Shown here: in pieces, positions 12,276 to 24,537 of the stretch | How the letters are laid out: each line of letters opens with the position of its first letter | Numbering within the stretch: position 1 is the stretch's first letter | Source of the DNA: Narcine bancroftii | Taxonomy: Eukaryota | Reading direction: 5' to 3' | Assembly: GCF_036971445.1 (NCBI RefSeq) | Contig: NC_091478.1 | Coordinates: 95,852,001-95,916,000 of the forward strand | DNA: 64,000 nucleotides | The notes under the pieces: generated by a model | Database searches by the model: none | What the model was told of the DNA's origin: nothing | The model's input: the letters and a program-made list of their open reading frames with translations, nothing else | Made by a program: the position numbers and the translations under genes

Positions 12276-13953
12276 CAGTATATTTTGGTGTACAAGTCAA
12301 CCCTCCTTTTTCAGCCTCATTTTAAGGGTTTTATGATATATCCAGTATATAAGTCGACCCCCATTTTCTGGCTGCCTGGATGCCCCGTTGACCGGTGTAT
12401 AAGTTGACCCCCAAAGCTCGCAATGCCTGAGATGGGCCATTGACCGGTGCATATGATGACTCCCCATATATCACATGGATTGATCTGCTGGGCATTGGCT
12501 GGAGGTGATTGCTTTCATGGAGGATCCACCTTAGCACAACACACGACAAAAATATGAAGTGAGCTCTAAGTTGAAAGTGACAGAAATGGCCAAGAAAACC
12601 AACAACTGTGCTGCTTCAAGAAAATTTGATGTGCATGAGAAATTGAGAAGAGACTGGAGGCAGAAAGAAGAAACTAAGAAAAATACCAAAAAGGCAATGT
12701 TCTTTGAGAAAAGGAATCACTTGTTGGCCAGAGTTGGAAAATTGCGTTGCAGAATGGATATGTGAACAGAGGCAAAATTGCTACATAGTCACTTGAAATA
12801 AAATAAGAACATTTGCACAGCAGTGGGCAGTGATGATTTTGAGGCTACAGTAGGCTGATGCAATCATTTTATGAACAGGAAAAATCTGGTATTATGCCAA
12901 AAAAATTAAAATTGCACAGAAACTACCATAAGATCTTGATCATAAAGTTTTTTCCACCAGTTATACTTAACCACATAAACACAAGTTTGCATTGGCAAAT
13001 ATTGGAAACATGGACACAACCCCCATGAATTTTGATGATAGGCAACAGAACAGTGGAATGAAAAGGTGTGAAAACTGTGCAAAGCAGAAGTACAGGCCAT
13101 GAAAGGACCAGGTGAACCGTGGTGTTTATCGTGCATGGCTGACGGGATGAAGTTAAGACCCATGGTATGCTTCAAATGCAAAATTAAAGTGAAAATGAAA
13201 TTATCTGCAGGTATTTGTACATTTTCATGAAAAAGGATGGATGGATGAAAATGGAGTAAAACTATGGATAGACAATGTGTGGAACAGGTGGTTTACGCAA
13301 AGAACAGAGTTTGCTGGTCTGGGATATGTTTCGTAGCCACTTAACTGAGAAGATACGACACAATACTTACATGGCAGCTATCCTGGGTGGTTTGACGTCT
13401 ATATTACAACCTCTTAATATCTGCTTGAACAAGCCATTCAAAAACCATGTGCATGGATGTCGAGTGCAGAAAACTCCTTTACAAAAGGCAGGACAACACG
13501 CGCTGCATCACTTGATGTGCTGTGTGACTATGGGACAAAGTTAAAGTAGAGATTGTGATTAAAATCATTTAAAAAGTGCGGTATCTCTTGTGCAATTGAT
13601 AGCACGGAAGATGATTTATTGTGGGACACTGATGATGAAGCTGAAGCCCCCTCATCAGATATGGACGGGGACCCATGTTTGAACAGTGAGGGTCTGGATG
13701 TTCTCGCTGCCATCTTTGCTTCAGACGATGATAGGGAGAGTGATTTCGAAGGGTTCTAAATGTGTTGATGTTTTCATTAAAAATCTCAATGAAAATCTGT
13801 CGCAGTTGGGGTTTTTTCAAGGGTTGGCTTATACACCGGATCAGCGCAGATTGAATTTTGAGCTGAATTTAAGATCTCAAAAGCATATCAGAGTATAAGT
13901 TGACTCCCATTTTTTGAGAGTTTTTTGGGTTTCACAACTCGACTTATATGGTA
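12276..13953 (+). mobile_element. Degenerate near-full-length pogo-superfamily (POGK/Passer/Tc2-like) DNA transposon
   Basis: Frameshifted pieces KLKVTEMAKKTNNCAASRKFDVHEKLRRDWRQK (Brinker-like DNA-binding domain) and LLVWDMFRSHLT...GGLTSILQPLNICLNKPFK (DDE_1); repeated gtataagtcgaccc-like subterminal motifs, with inverted copies at the right end. Confidence 0.85.
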
Positions 13954-14039
13954 AATGAATTTGAAAAAAAATGCATCAGATAGACATGGGTTGGACCAAA
14001 ACTCCTTGACAATGCTTAGACAGTGTCCCTTTAAGGAGC

Positions 14040-14390
14040 AGGTGCTGGCCGGCTCTAGAGCGCCCTCTCCCGTCCAAGCCGTGCTCTCTCTGTCTTGAAT
14101 CTGCTGGCGGGAGCCGCGCGTTCGCTCTGCGCGACGAAAGTGCGGCCGGACTGGGATTGGATTTACCTGGACCCAGTTTCCATGGCGGCGGCGGCGGCGG
14201 CGGCGGATGGCGATTCCCGTGGCCTCAGCAAGGAGGAGAAATACGACCGGCAGTTGCGGTGAGCGAGGGGCCGGGTGCAGGGACCCGAGGCTGGGCCCGC
14301 AGTCCCCTGTTCTCTTTTCTCTTTCCCCCGTTCTCTTTTCTCTTTCCCCCCCCCCCATGTGACATCGTTGACCCGTCCGCAGCCGAGCCG
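14040..14390 (+). promoter_or_regulatory. NAE1 CpG island / promoter
   Basis: Dense CpG around exon 1; E2F-like GGCGGGA 14106-14112; ATTGG 14156-14160. Confidence 0.7.
14182..14258 (+). CDS. NAE1: NAE1 exon 1 (77 nt)
   Basis: [26 protein letters not shown]; good Kozak ccATGG; donor gtgagc. Confidence 0.93.
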
Positions 14391-17300
14391 CTTTGTCCAC
14401 CCCCCTGTCCCTCTATTAAATGGGCACGTCCTTGTCCACCCCCCTGTCCCTCCATTAAATGGGCACATCCTTGCCCACCCCACTGTCCCTCTATTAAATG
14501 GGCACGTCCTTGTCCACCCCCCTGTCCCTCTATTAAATGGGCACGTCCTTGTCCACCCCACTGTCCCTCTATTAAATGGGCACGTCCTTGTCCACCCCCC
14601 TGTCCCTCTATTAAATGGGCACGTCCTTGTCCACCCCACTGTCCCTCTATTAAATGGGCACGTCCTTGTCCACCCCCCTGTCCCTCTATTAAATGGGCAC
14701 GTCCTTGTCCACCCCACTGTCCCTCCATTAAATGGGCACGTCCTTGTCCACCCCACTGTCCCTCCATTAAATGGGCACGTCGTTGTCCACCCCACTGTCC
14801 CTCCATTAAATGGGCACGTCCTTGTCCACCCCACTGTCCCTCCATTAAATGGGCACGTCGTTGTCCACCCCCCTGTCCCTCCATTAAATGGGCATGTCCT
14901 TGTCCACCCCACTGTCCCTCCATTAAATGGGCACGTCGTTGTCCACCCCCCTGTCCCTCCATTAAATGGGCACATCCTTGTCCACCCCTCTGTCCCTCCA
15001 TTAAATGGGCACGTCGTTGTCCACCCCCCTGTCCCTCCATTAAATGGGCACGTCCTTGTCCACCCCCCTGTCCCTCTATTAAATGGGCACGTCCACCCCA
15101 CTGTCCCTCCATTAAATGGGCACGTCGTTGTCCACCCCACTGTCCCTCTATTAAATGGGCACGTCGTTGTCCACCCCCCTGTCCCTCCATTAAATGGGCA
15201 TGTCCTTGTCCACCCCACTGTCCCTCCATTAAATGGGCACGTCCTTGTCCACCCCCCTGTCCCTCTATTAAATGGGCACGTCCTTGTCCACCCCACTGTC
15301 CCTCCATTAAATGGGCACGTCGTTGTCCACCCCACTGTCCCTCTATTAAATGGGCACGTCGTTGTCCACCCCCCTGTCCCTCCATTAAATGGGCATGTCC
15401 TTGTCCACCCCACTGTCCCTCCATTAAATGGGCACGTCGTTGTCCACCCCCCTGTCCCTCCATTAAATGGGCACATCCTTGTCCACCCCTCTGTCCCTCC
15501 ATTAAATGGGCACGTCGTTGTCCACCCCCCTGTCCCTCCATTAAATGGGCATGTCCACCCCACTGTCCCTCCATTAAATGGGCACGTCGTTGTCCACCCC
15601 CCTGTCCCTCCATTAAATGGGCACATCCTTGTCCACCCCTCTGTCCCTCCATTAAATGGGCACGTCGTTGTCCACCCCCCTGTCCCTCCATTAAATGGGC
15701 ACATCCTTGTCCACCCCTCTGTCCCTCCATTAAATGGGCACGTCCTTGTCCACCCCCCTGTCCCTCCATTAAATGGGCACGTCGTTGTCCACCCCACTGT
15801 CCCTCCATTAAATGGGCACGTCCTTGTCCACCCCCCTGTCCCTCTATTAAATGGGCACGTCGTTGTCCACCCCACTGTCCCTCCATTAAATGGGCACGTC
15901 CTTGTCCACCCCTCTGTCCCTCCATTAAATGGGCACGTCGTTGTCCACCCCCCTGTCCCTCTATTAAATGGGCACGTCCTTGTCCACCCCCCTGTCCCTC
16001 CATTAAATGGGCACGTCGTTGTCCACCCCACTGTCCCTCTATTAAATGGGCACGTCCTTGTCCACCCCACTGTCCCTCCATTAAATGGGCACGTCGTTGT
16101 CCACCCCTCTGTCCCTCTATTAAATGGGCACGTCCTTGTCCACCCCACTGTCCCTCTATTAAATGGGCACGTCCTTGTCCACCCCACTGTCCCTCCATTA
16201 AATGGGCACGTCCTTGTCCACCCCCCTGTCCCTCTATTAAATGGGCACGTCCTTGTCCACCCCACTGTCCCTCCATTAAATGGGCACGTCCTTGTCCACC
16301 CCCCTGTCCCTCTATTAAATGGGCACGTCCTTGTCCACCCCACTGTCCCTCCATTAAATGGGCACATCTTTGTCCACCCCACTGTCCCTCCATTGAATGG
16401 ACACGTCTTTCTGTGGTTGAACGCATTGCCCCCCTGCCCCGATGGTGACTGCCTGTGTTTTCTCATTGGTTTACATTCTCTCAACCTTTCTGAAGGGAGG
16501 GCTGGGCTCCACCAATGTGTTCCTGGGACCTAGTGCAGCAGCATCGTCACCAAGTTAGGTCTGCTGACTGAATCTGAATAAGATATTCATCCTTCCACAG
16601 CAGAGTATTGGACAATTAAAGAGTTTGTAGTGAAACTAGATCCAATCCTGCCTCCTGAGGGATATGTACCAAGCAAAAATAGCTGTTTTGGGTTTTTGTT
16701 TTACTCAAGGATGTTTACTGTTGTCCACATCAGCAGGAACCAGTATTTCTGTGACTTAACTTCCCAACTCATGGATATGATGACCTTTCTTTGCCGAATA
16801 TGAGTGTGAATGAAGAAGTCGATCACTTTCTGGTCATGTCCTCACTATACCTGCAATTTTCTATTGCCTTTCAGCCTCCATGCTTTTTCAAGTGTATTTG
16901 ATTCACCATTGTGCCTCTTAAAGCTATGCCTTCATTTTTTTGGATCCTTGTTTTGGAATTTATGTTTATGAGATCCTTAAACTCTGTCCCAAGAGTTTGG
17001 AAATCTAATAACTCTTTCGAGTTCTGTGTTGAATTATATTTGATATTCCTGTCAGAACATTTTGCCACATTAAAGGTGCCACATAAAAATGTTGTAACTG
17101 AAGGCTTGAACATTTTCGCGATGCCCAAACCAATTGTAAATTTTTCATTGCTTCCTGAAATGGCATCAGAATAAGGGAATAATCCTTGGTTACTGTAGAC
17201 TGTGTGATTTCACTTCATCACTGGATTGTTCAGATAATGAATCTGTGTGTTGTCAAATGAGTACTGCTTTGCTGAGTTTGGAAAGTTTAATGTCACTTGC

Positions 17301-20300
17301 TATGTTTCCTCACTCAGGTTGTGGGGTGATCATGGACAGGAAGCACTGGAAGCTGCTCACGTCTGCCTGATTAACGCCAGTGCCACTGGCACTGAAATCC
17401 TGAAGAACTTGGTGCTTCCTGGTAAGAATGAACAATTTGAACAAAAACAAAGATTTTTAAACATTAATAGTTTCCATAATTTTCACAAGCACCCTCTGTT
17501 GACAGGCATTGGATCTTTTACGATAGTGGATGGCAGTACTGTTGCTGGGGAGGATGTTGGCAACAAGTGAGTCCTTAAATGTCAAGACTTCCAATTTTGT
17601 TGTGTGTGATTAGTTGCCTAACCTGTTGCTTTGTGTCTAGTAGAATGTGGAGGATTGTACACTCCTGGACCCCAACCTCTGTTCCTCCCTCATCTTGTAT
17701 TTCAACCTGTGCTCTTCAGCCGATGATTTTACCCTCCTCTTCCTCACCTACTCCATGTTTCCATCGTGCTTGGTGGCTATTTTAAATTCACTGTCATGTA
17801 GAATTTTGAATGCCTTTCTATACGTGATCCTTGAAGTAGGAGGCATTTGATGTGACAACTATTTCTGTTGTGCAATTGTCTGTCTCTGCCTGGATACAAA
17901 TATAGGGTTTTGGGAAGGGGTGTTATTGGGTAGGAGACTGGATAAAATGGAGGAAAAGTACTGTTTGTTTGCTGAAGCCTTGGCTCCAATATAGGTCCAA
18001 ACTGACCAAATGCCTCAAATATTCACTAGCATTTGCCCCTTGTTTGAAATATTTTTGAATTAATGCAAATTTTTTCAAAATAGCTCAATCCTGGTTGTCT
18101 CTGCAGTTATTAGTTGCAGATTGATTTTGCTTTTTTTTTGCTTTTGGAGAAGGCTGATTGTGGCATTACTGCTTCATTTGTGAGTTCATCCCAAATCAGA
18201 GAACTGAGATTAACAGCAATTTATATTTTTTGGAATTTGATTGGAGTCTGCAGTTCATTTGTAAAAGTGGCACCCAAGGCTTCATGAAGTACACAAGTGA
18301 TAAAAATGGTGAAAGGCCTTGGAATGAGCCATATAGTCCAGGGTGATGGCAGGAAGTGAAATATTGAAAACTATTCCCTTACAAGGTTGCTAGTTTGGGA
18401 CTTGATTGGAGTTTTCAGGATTTCTGAAGGCATGAGATTTGGCAGTGTCTGAATATTGCTATCTGTACTGTTGTGCCACATTAATCAATTGGAGGCTGAC
18501 ATAATAAATTTCAGAGGTTGGTCTATGGAGGCATATTAAGCACAATGTATTGGAATCTGTGACTGAGATGGCACCTGTGCATATGCCACTAGTGATGTTA
18601 ATTGACCCCAAGTAATATCAAACGAGCATTCTTTCTATTCGGGGTCAAAGTTTTATTTAAAAACTCATTTGTGCCTTGTGGATGACTGCACTCTCCCTGG
18701 TTGTACTGGTCTTCTCCACCATTGCCACTTCTCTCCTCCCAATGATGGCTGTCTCTCCTGTGGTTGCCATACCCACCTCAGCCTCTCCTTCCAGAGTTGC
18801 ATTTGCCTCCTGACTACTTCTTAGCATGGCCCCCACCTCAAATAGAGGGTGGGAGATGGTAGCATCAAGCAGTGCCACTGGTACCAAGCTCTCTCAGTTC
18901 ACTTCTGCCATATGTTTTAAATGGTATAACCACTTTAGGAGCAAATTATGTCCTTTATTTCTGTGTTGGAGGTCGGGGAGTGCTGTTTGCAGAGCTGGGA
19001 GTTCATTAGTACATTGACAATAAAAGTGAAAAGAGTGGGATGCATTTTATTCTTGTTCCTGATTGTCTGTGTTTCCCTTTCAGCTTTTTCCTAACAAAAA
19101 ACAGCATTGGAAAGGTGAATTATAGTGTATTTTTGTGTCTTGTTTAAAAGATGAACCATTCTCTGAGCATCGCCATCGAATAATTAACTTCATCCTGCCT
19201 ATTTTGTCCTTGCTTTAATGCCTCCGTTTGGTGCATGTCTGAGATCCAGGACTAGTCTGCGGTTGGGTCTGGATCAGTTGCTCGTTGAATTATAGTTAAA
19301 CCACATCTGCAGCACTGCACAATTGTTCTCATGTTATTAAAGAATTGTTGAGAAATGAGCATAACTACTGGAGGGAGACAGCAGGTCAAGCAGTGGGAGA
19401 AAAAGAATGGACGACGTTTCAGGTTGAAATCTTTTTATCAAGACTGGGGACATGGAGAGAAGGAAGTGTAGAGGGTGGTGAGATAGGGGCTCCATGTATG
19501 ATTGGTGAACTAGTTACAGGTGAAACATGACGGACAGGCATAAGATTGGCAGATGGCAGACAATTGTTGATTAAATAGGGATTATTTTCTCTAGAAAAGG
19601 AGGGATGTGATTGAGGCCTTTAAGGTTTGCTTGGGGATTTGTCGAGATGTCTCCAGAAGCAGGAGAGGCCAGAATTTGGGAGCATTAGCATCTGGCAGTC
19701 ACAAATTAATCCAATTAGAATTACGAATACATTTCCTTTCCAGATGATTATAACATGGAACTGACAGATAGCATTGGTACAATTAGAGTGATTGAGGGAG
19801 AAAGGAAAAGGGTATGTTGATGGGGTGGGAGGAGGCTTGTGTGGCGTATCAATAACTATGAGGGCCTGAGGATCCTAATGATTTGCTTTAATCCTCAAGG
19901 ACATGAAGCCATCTATAAACAGTTAAGTTTTTACACTTTCATTTCATTTTCAATTCAGAGCCGAGCTCAAGCAGCTACAGAACTTCTGCAGGAGCTGAAT
20001 AGTGATGTCAGCGGAAACTTCGTGGGCGAGGTGAACACAATACTGAGCATTGTAATGATGCTTCATTTTGAAACGTTATTATTACAAACCACCCCTTGGT
20101 GTTGAAATTAATCTCTTGGAAACTCTTCCAACCTGTTCTCATTAGCCACAGCAATTAGTAACTAGAAGAATGTGGCCATCAAAACCATAGAAGAGACTGG
20201 GCAGCACAGCTAGTAGTGCAGAAGGCTCACAGCTCAGTTCCCTTTAAATCTTTCCCTTCTCATCTTAAATGTATGGCCCCTAGATTTAGATTATCATACT

Positions 20301-23300
20301 CTAGAGCACACATGTCAAACTCAGGCCTGCGGGCCAAATTTGGCCCGTGATATAATTATATTTGGCCCGCAAGATCATATCAAATATGTATTGGAGCTGG
20401 CCCGCTGGCCGCCGAGCCAGTATTGCGCATGCACAACTAATACTACAAATCCCAGAATGCTTTGCAAATGCATTGGCGCCGGTCTGTCAGCCCGCTAATC
20501 GCCCCCACCTCCTCTACTTTCATTAGTATCTGCGACCTGTCGCCCAACTCACATGTAATAAACCCCTTACGAAAAATAGCCAAACGAAAGGCAGAAAACA
20601 GGACCTTTCAAGACAGGTGGGAGGCAGACTCTGACCCCAGAGTTTGATGAACTTGCATCTAAGAAGAGATGCCAAGTATCTGGTTTAGACCCAGGTGCAT
20701 CAGAGTAAATCACAGTGTAGCAAGCTAAGCTTGGATTCATATTTTCTTTGGTTAACTTTGGACTGTTCATAGTTGAAAGATTGGATTTTAATTGAAGCAA
20801 GTTGTTATTTTTTTGACTTGTTGGCTTGTGAGAAAAAAAACATTTAAAAGGAGCTTAAAGGCTATAGAGAAATATTATTTATTGAATATTTTATTTCTCA
20901 TTTGTTAATGCTTCTTCTGGAAAGAGTTTAACCAAAACTATTATTAAACATTTATTTTAATAAGAAAAAGTTTAACATTACATATGTTGAAAGAAGAGAA
21001 AACATGCAGATGTTGTTGAAAATTGTCAATAAATATTTAGTTTGGCCCACGACTTAGTCCAAGTTTTTAATTTGGCCCTCTGTGAATTTGAGTTTGACAC
21101 TGCTCTAGGGAGATAAAATAGACTATGGTTATCTGTGCCCCATGGTTTTATAAACCTCTGTCAGGTCTCTCCTCAGCCTTCTACTCTCCAGGAAGTAAAG
21201 TCCCACCCTCTTTTTATAACTTAATCTCTCCAGTTATGTTGACATTCGTGTGAATCTTTGCTGCAACCTTTACAGCTTGCCTAAAGCTGGGTGACAGAAA
21301 TTGTGCGCTACACTCCAAATGTGGTCTCACCAATTGTACAGTTCTAATATGATGTCCCAACTCCTGTACTCAATGCCCTGAGAGATGAAGGCAGGTGTAG
21401 CAAATGCTTACTTCACTACCCTGTCCACCTATGTGGCTGCTTTCAAAGAACCATGCATCTGTACCCCCAAGTCTGTTCTACAACACACTCTAGGCCCCTA
21501 CTCTTTACTGTGCAAGTCCTGCTGTGTTTTAAACTATCAAAGTACAACATCTCACACTTGTCTGAGTTAAATGCCATCTACCATTCCTTGGTCACTTCCT
21601 CAGATCATCTAGATCCTAATGTAATATCAGATTATCTTCTTCACGGTCCACTATACCACCAATTTAGAATCCTAGCTTTATTATTCCTAAGCTTTTCTGC
21701 ATTTTCTTATGATTAACCCTGCCAAGATATTTGTTACCTCACCCTTGCTATTTTCAGCCCGGTAGAATCAGCTAAGATGTGGGACTGGAGTCACACAGGT
21801 CAAACTAGAGGACATGTTGAGTTTCCTGAAGGATCAGCTGGGTTTGTCCATTGGTTTCGTATTCCATGAAGGATGAATGAGTGTGAATGCATTTGTAATA
21901 GATGTGAAATATTTCTTTCCGTAATTTTTCCTTTTGGAATTGTTCAGAATGTGGAGCAGTTGCTTGAAAACGATCCCACGTTCTTCCTCGGATTCAGCAT
22001 GGTCATTGCCACTCAACTCCTGGAGAGGTTAGCAACAGAAAGATATTTTTTAAAATTCACAATTTTCTCACTTTCTTTTTGCTCATTGTCAGGCCTACAA
22101 TGTAGTGCTGTCCATTCGCCTGGATGAGTGCAGAGTCAACGATGATAAAGTTTATTATACATATTGTACATGTGCATTGAAATACTTGCTCCAGATGAAC
22201 AGATATTTGTAAAGAAAAACTATAATACAGTATTAAACTAATTGAATGAAATTAAAAGAGACAATGATTACACAAGATAGATAATATTCCCAGCAACCCT
22301 AGTGCAAAAAGTGACTTGCAATAGTGCAGACAAATCATTTTGTGATTTTGGAGCAGACTAGGATTAATGTTCCAAGGGGAGGTTCAAGAGACTGATAGTT
22401 ACTGGAAATAAACTGTTCTTGAAGCTAGAGATGCTGGACTTCAGGCTTTTGTACCTTCTGCCTGCAGTAACAGTGACAAGAGGTTGTGACCAAGGTTATA
22501 ATGTTGGCTCCCTTCTTGAGGCAGTGCCTCACATAGTTGTTTGCAATGGATGGGAGGTCAGTGCCAATAAAGGACCTGGTTATGCTTACTATCTTCTACA
22601 GTTTCTATGTTCATGGGCACTTGAATTGCCAAACCAGGCTGTGAGGAAACTATCTAATACACTTTCCTCAGTGCACCTATAAAAGATTGATAGAAATAGG
22701 AGTTGATGGCATTCAACAGGATGGCACCATCCAGAGTAAAGCTGCCAGTCTGATTGGAACCTCATCCCACAACTATAATATATTCACTCCCTCCACCACT
22801 GCCCCAATTTAGTTGTTGTACTGTACATTCTGAATTGCAGCAACTTACCAAAGCTTTTTTAAAAGTACCTTCAACCTGTGGTCTGGTTTGAGGTGATAGT
22901 TTGTCATTAACATACAGTGGCCTCCATAATGTTTGGGGCAAGGATAGTTTTTCCCTTTATTTGCCCTTGTGGTCCACAGTTTTAAATTTGAAATCAAACA
23001 ATTCACAGGTAATTAAAGTGCACATTCCAGATTTTATTCAAGGTTATTTGTATACATTTTAGTTTGACCATGTAGAAATTACAGCACATTTTATAAATGG
23101 TCCCCCTCATTTTAGGACATGATAATGTTTGGGACATTTGGCTTCACAGGTATTTGTGAGTACTCAGGTATGTTTAATTGCTTCATGGGTGCAGGATTCC
23201 GAGAGCTAGGCTTGCTTCTAAGCTTTTGATCATCTTTGGAGTCTGTAGGTGCCATTTTTCAGCACCTACATGTGGACCAGAGTTGTGCCAATGAAAGGCA

Positions 23301-24490
23301 AAGAAGCCATTATGAAAACCAAGAATAAAACAGGTAGAGAGATCACCCTAACTTTGGGATTTCCAACATTAAAAGTTTGGAACATCATTAGGAAGAAAGA
23401 ATGTACGGGTGAGCTCAGTAATCGTAAAAAGACAAGGAAGATCTCCACTGCTGTTGACAGAAGGCTTCTCATCATAATGAAGAAAAATACCCCAATGAAA
23501 TTAAAAGAGACAATGAATACACAAGATAGATAATATTCCCAGTAACATTCGTGTAAAAAGTGACTTGCAATAGTGCAGACAAATCAGAAACACTCTTTCA
23601 GGAGGCAAGTGTGGATATGTCAATGACTACTGTCCACAGAACTTACCAGGCCATGAATTACCACTTTGGTGGAATTTGAATGCCGCCTACAGTCTAAATT
23701 GTGACTGTGTTGCACACCTTAGGCATCCAAATGACCTAAGTTCCAAAATGCCAAGTAAACCCAGTGAAGAAGTGCTGGTTGCTATTTAACTGCTAGATAG
23801 ACCCCCACCCAGGCCATGCTGCCATGAGGGGGGGGGGGGGGGGGGTAAAGAAAGGTACAGGAGCTTAAAGATGAGCACTCAATGGCACAAGGACAGCTTC
23901 TTCCCCTCTCCCATCAGATTCCTGAATAATAAGTGAATAAAAGACACTGCCTTACTTTTTGTACACTTTTTTTATATATATAAAATCTGATTCTACTTGG
24001 CTATAAAATAACCAATATTTGTTTGCTGCTATTAGTACGTTGCTTCATTTATCGACTGTTCTCTGGGCTGCTGATGTTCCACTGCTGGTGTGCAGAACGT
24101 ATGGTCTGGTTGGTTACATGAGACTTGCTGTAAAAGAGCACCCAGGTGAGAGACCTATCCCTCATTCTACTCTCACGGGTTACATTAGTCTAGTTATGGA
24201 TAAATGTGTCTTTAAAAGAAATAGATTATGGGGGTTTAGTGTAGGTCACTTCACAGAGTAACACTTCACACTTTAAAATGCAAGAGCTTTGCTGAAGTTC
24301 GACATTGAGGCTTCATTTGGCTTTGCAGAAGCAATGAAGAATGGCTGATCCATTGTGGATGGGCAATAAAGTCCAGGCTCAGAAGAACTGATAAGATCTT
24401 TCAAAGATTGGGTTTGAAGCCTTGGGAGAGGTTTTTGTTTTTTTTACAAGCAGAGAGAGGAAAAAACAAACAGAATTCTTCTGAGAGGGA

Positions 24491-24537
<47 letters not shown>

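Noticed and set aside
14161-14170. atttacctgg resembles the U1 snRNA 5' end
   Set aside because: Match is only ~8 nt; no further U1 sequence or Sm site; lies in the NAE1 5' UTR region
14392-16410. CRISPR-like array (regular repeats with a palindrome)
   Set aside because: Units are head-to-tail with no unique spacers, there are no cas genes, and the context is a vertebrate intron; the same applies to the other two arrays
14157-16533. Four 730-770 aa repeat ORFs, including a Cys/Pro-rich SPRR/keratin-associated-like one and one in frame with NAE1 exon 1
   Set aside because: The 39-bp unit is 3n and open in several frames on both strands; read-through from the NAE1 ATG stops at TGA 14260-14262 just after the donor
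23828-23845. G18 homopolymer; also (TA)n near 32451-32472
   Set aside because: Simple repeats of unreliable length with no supporting context
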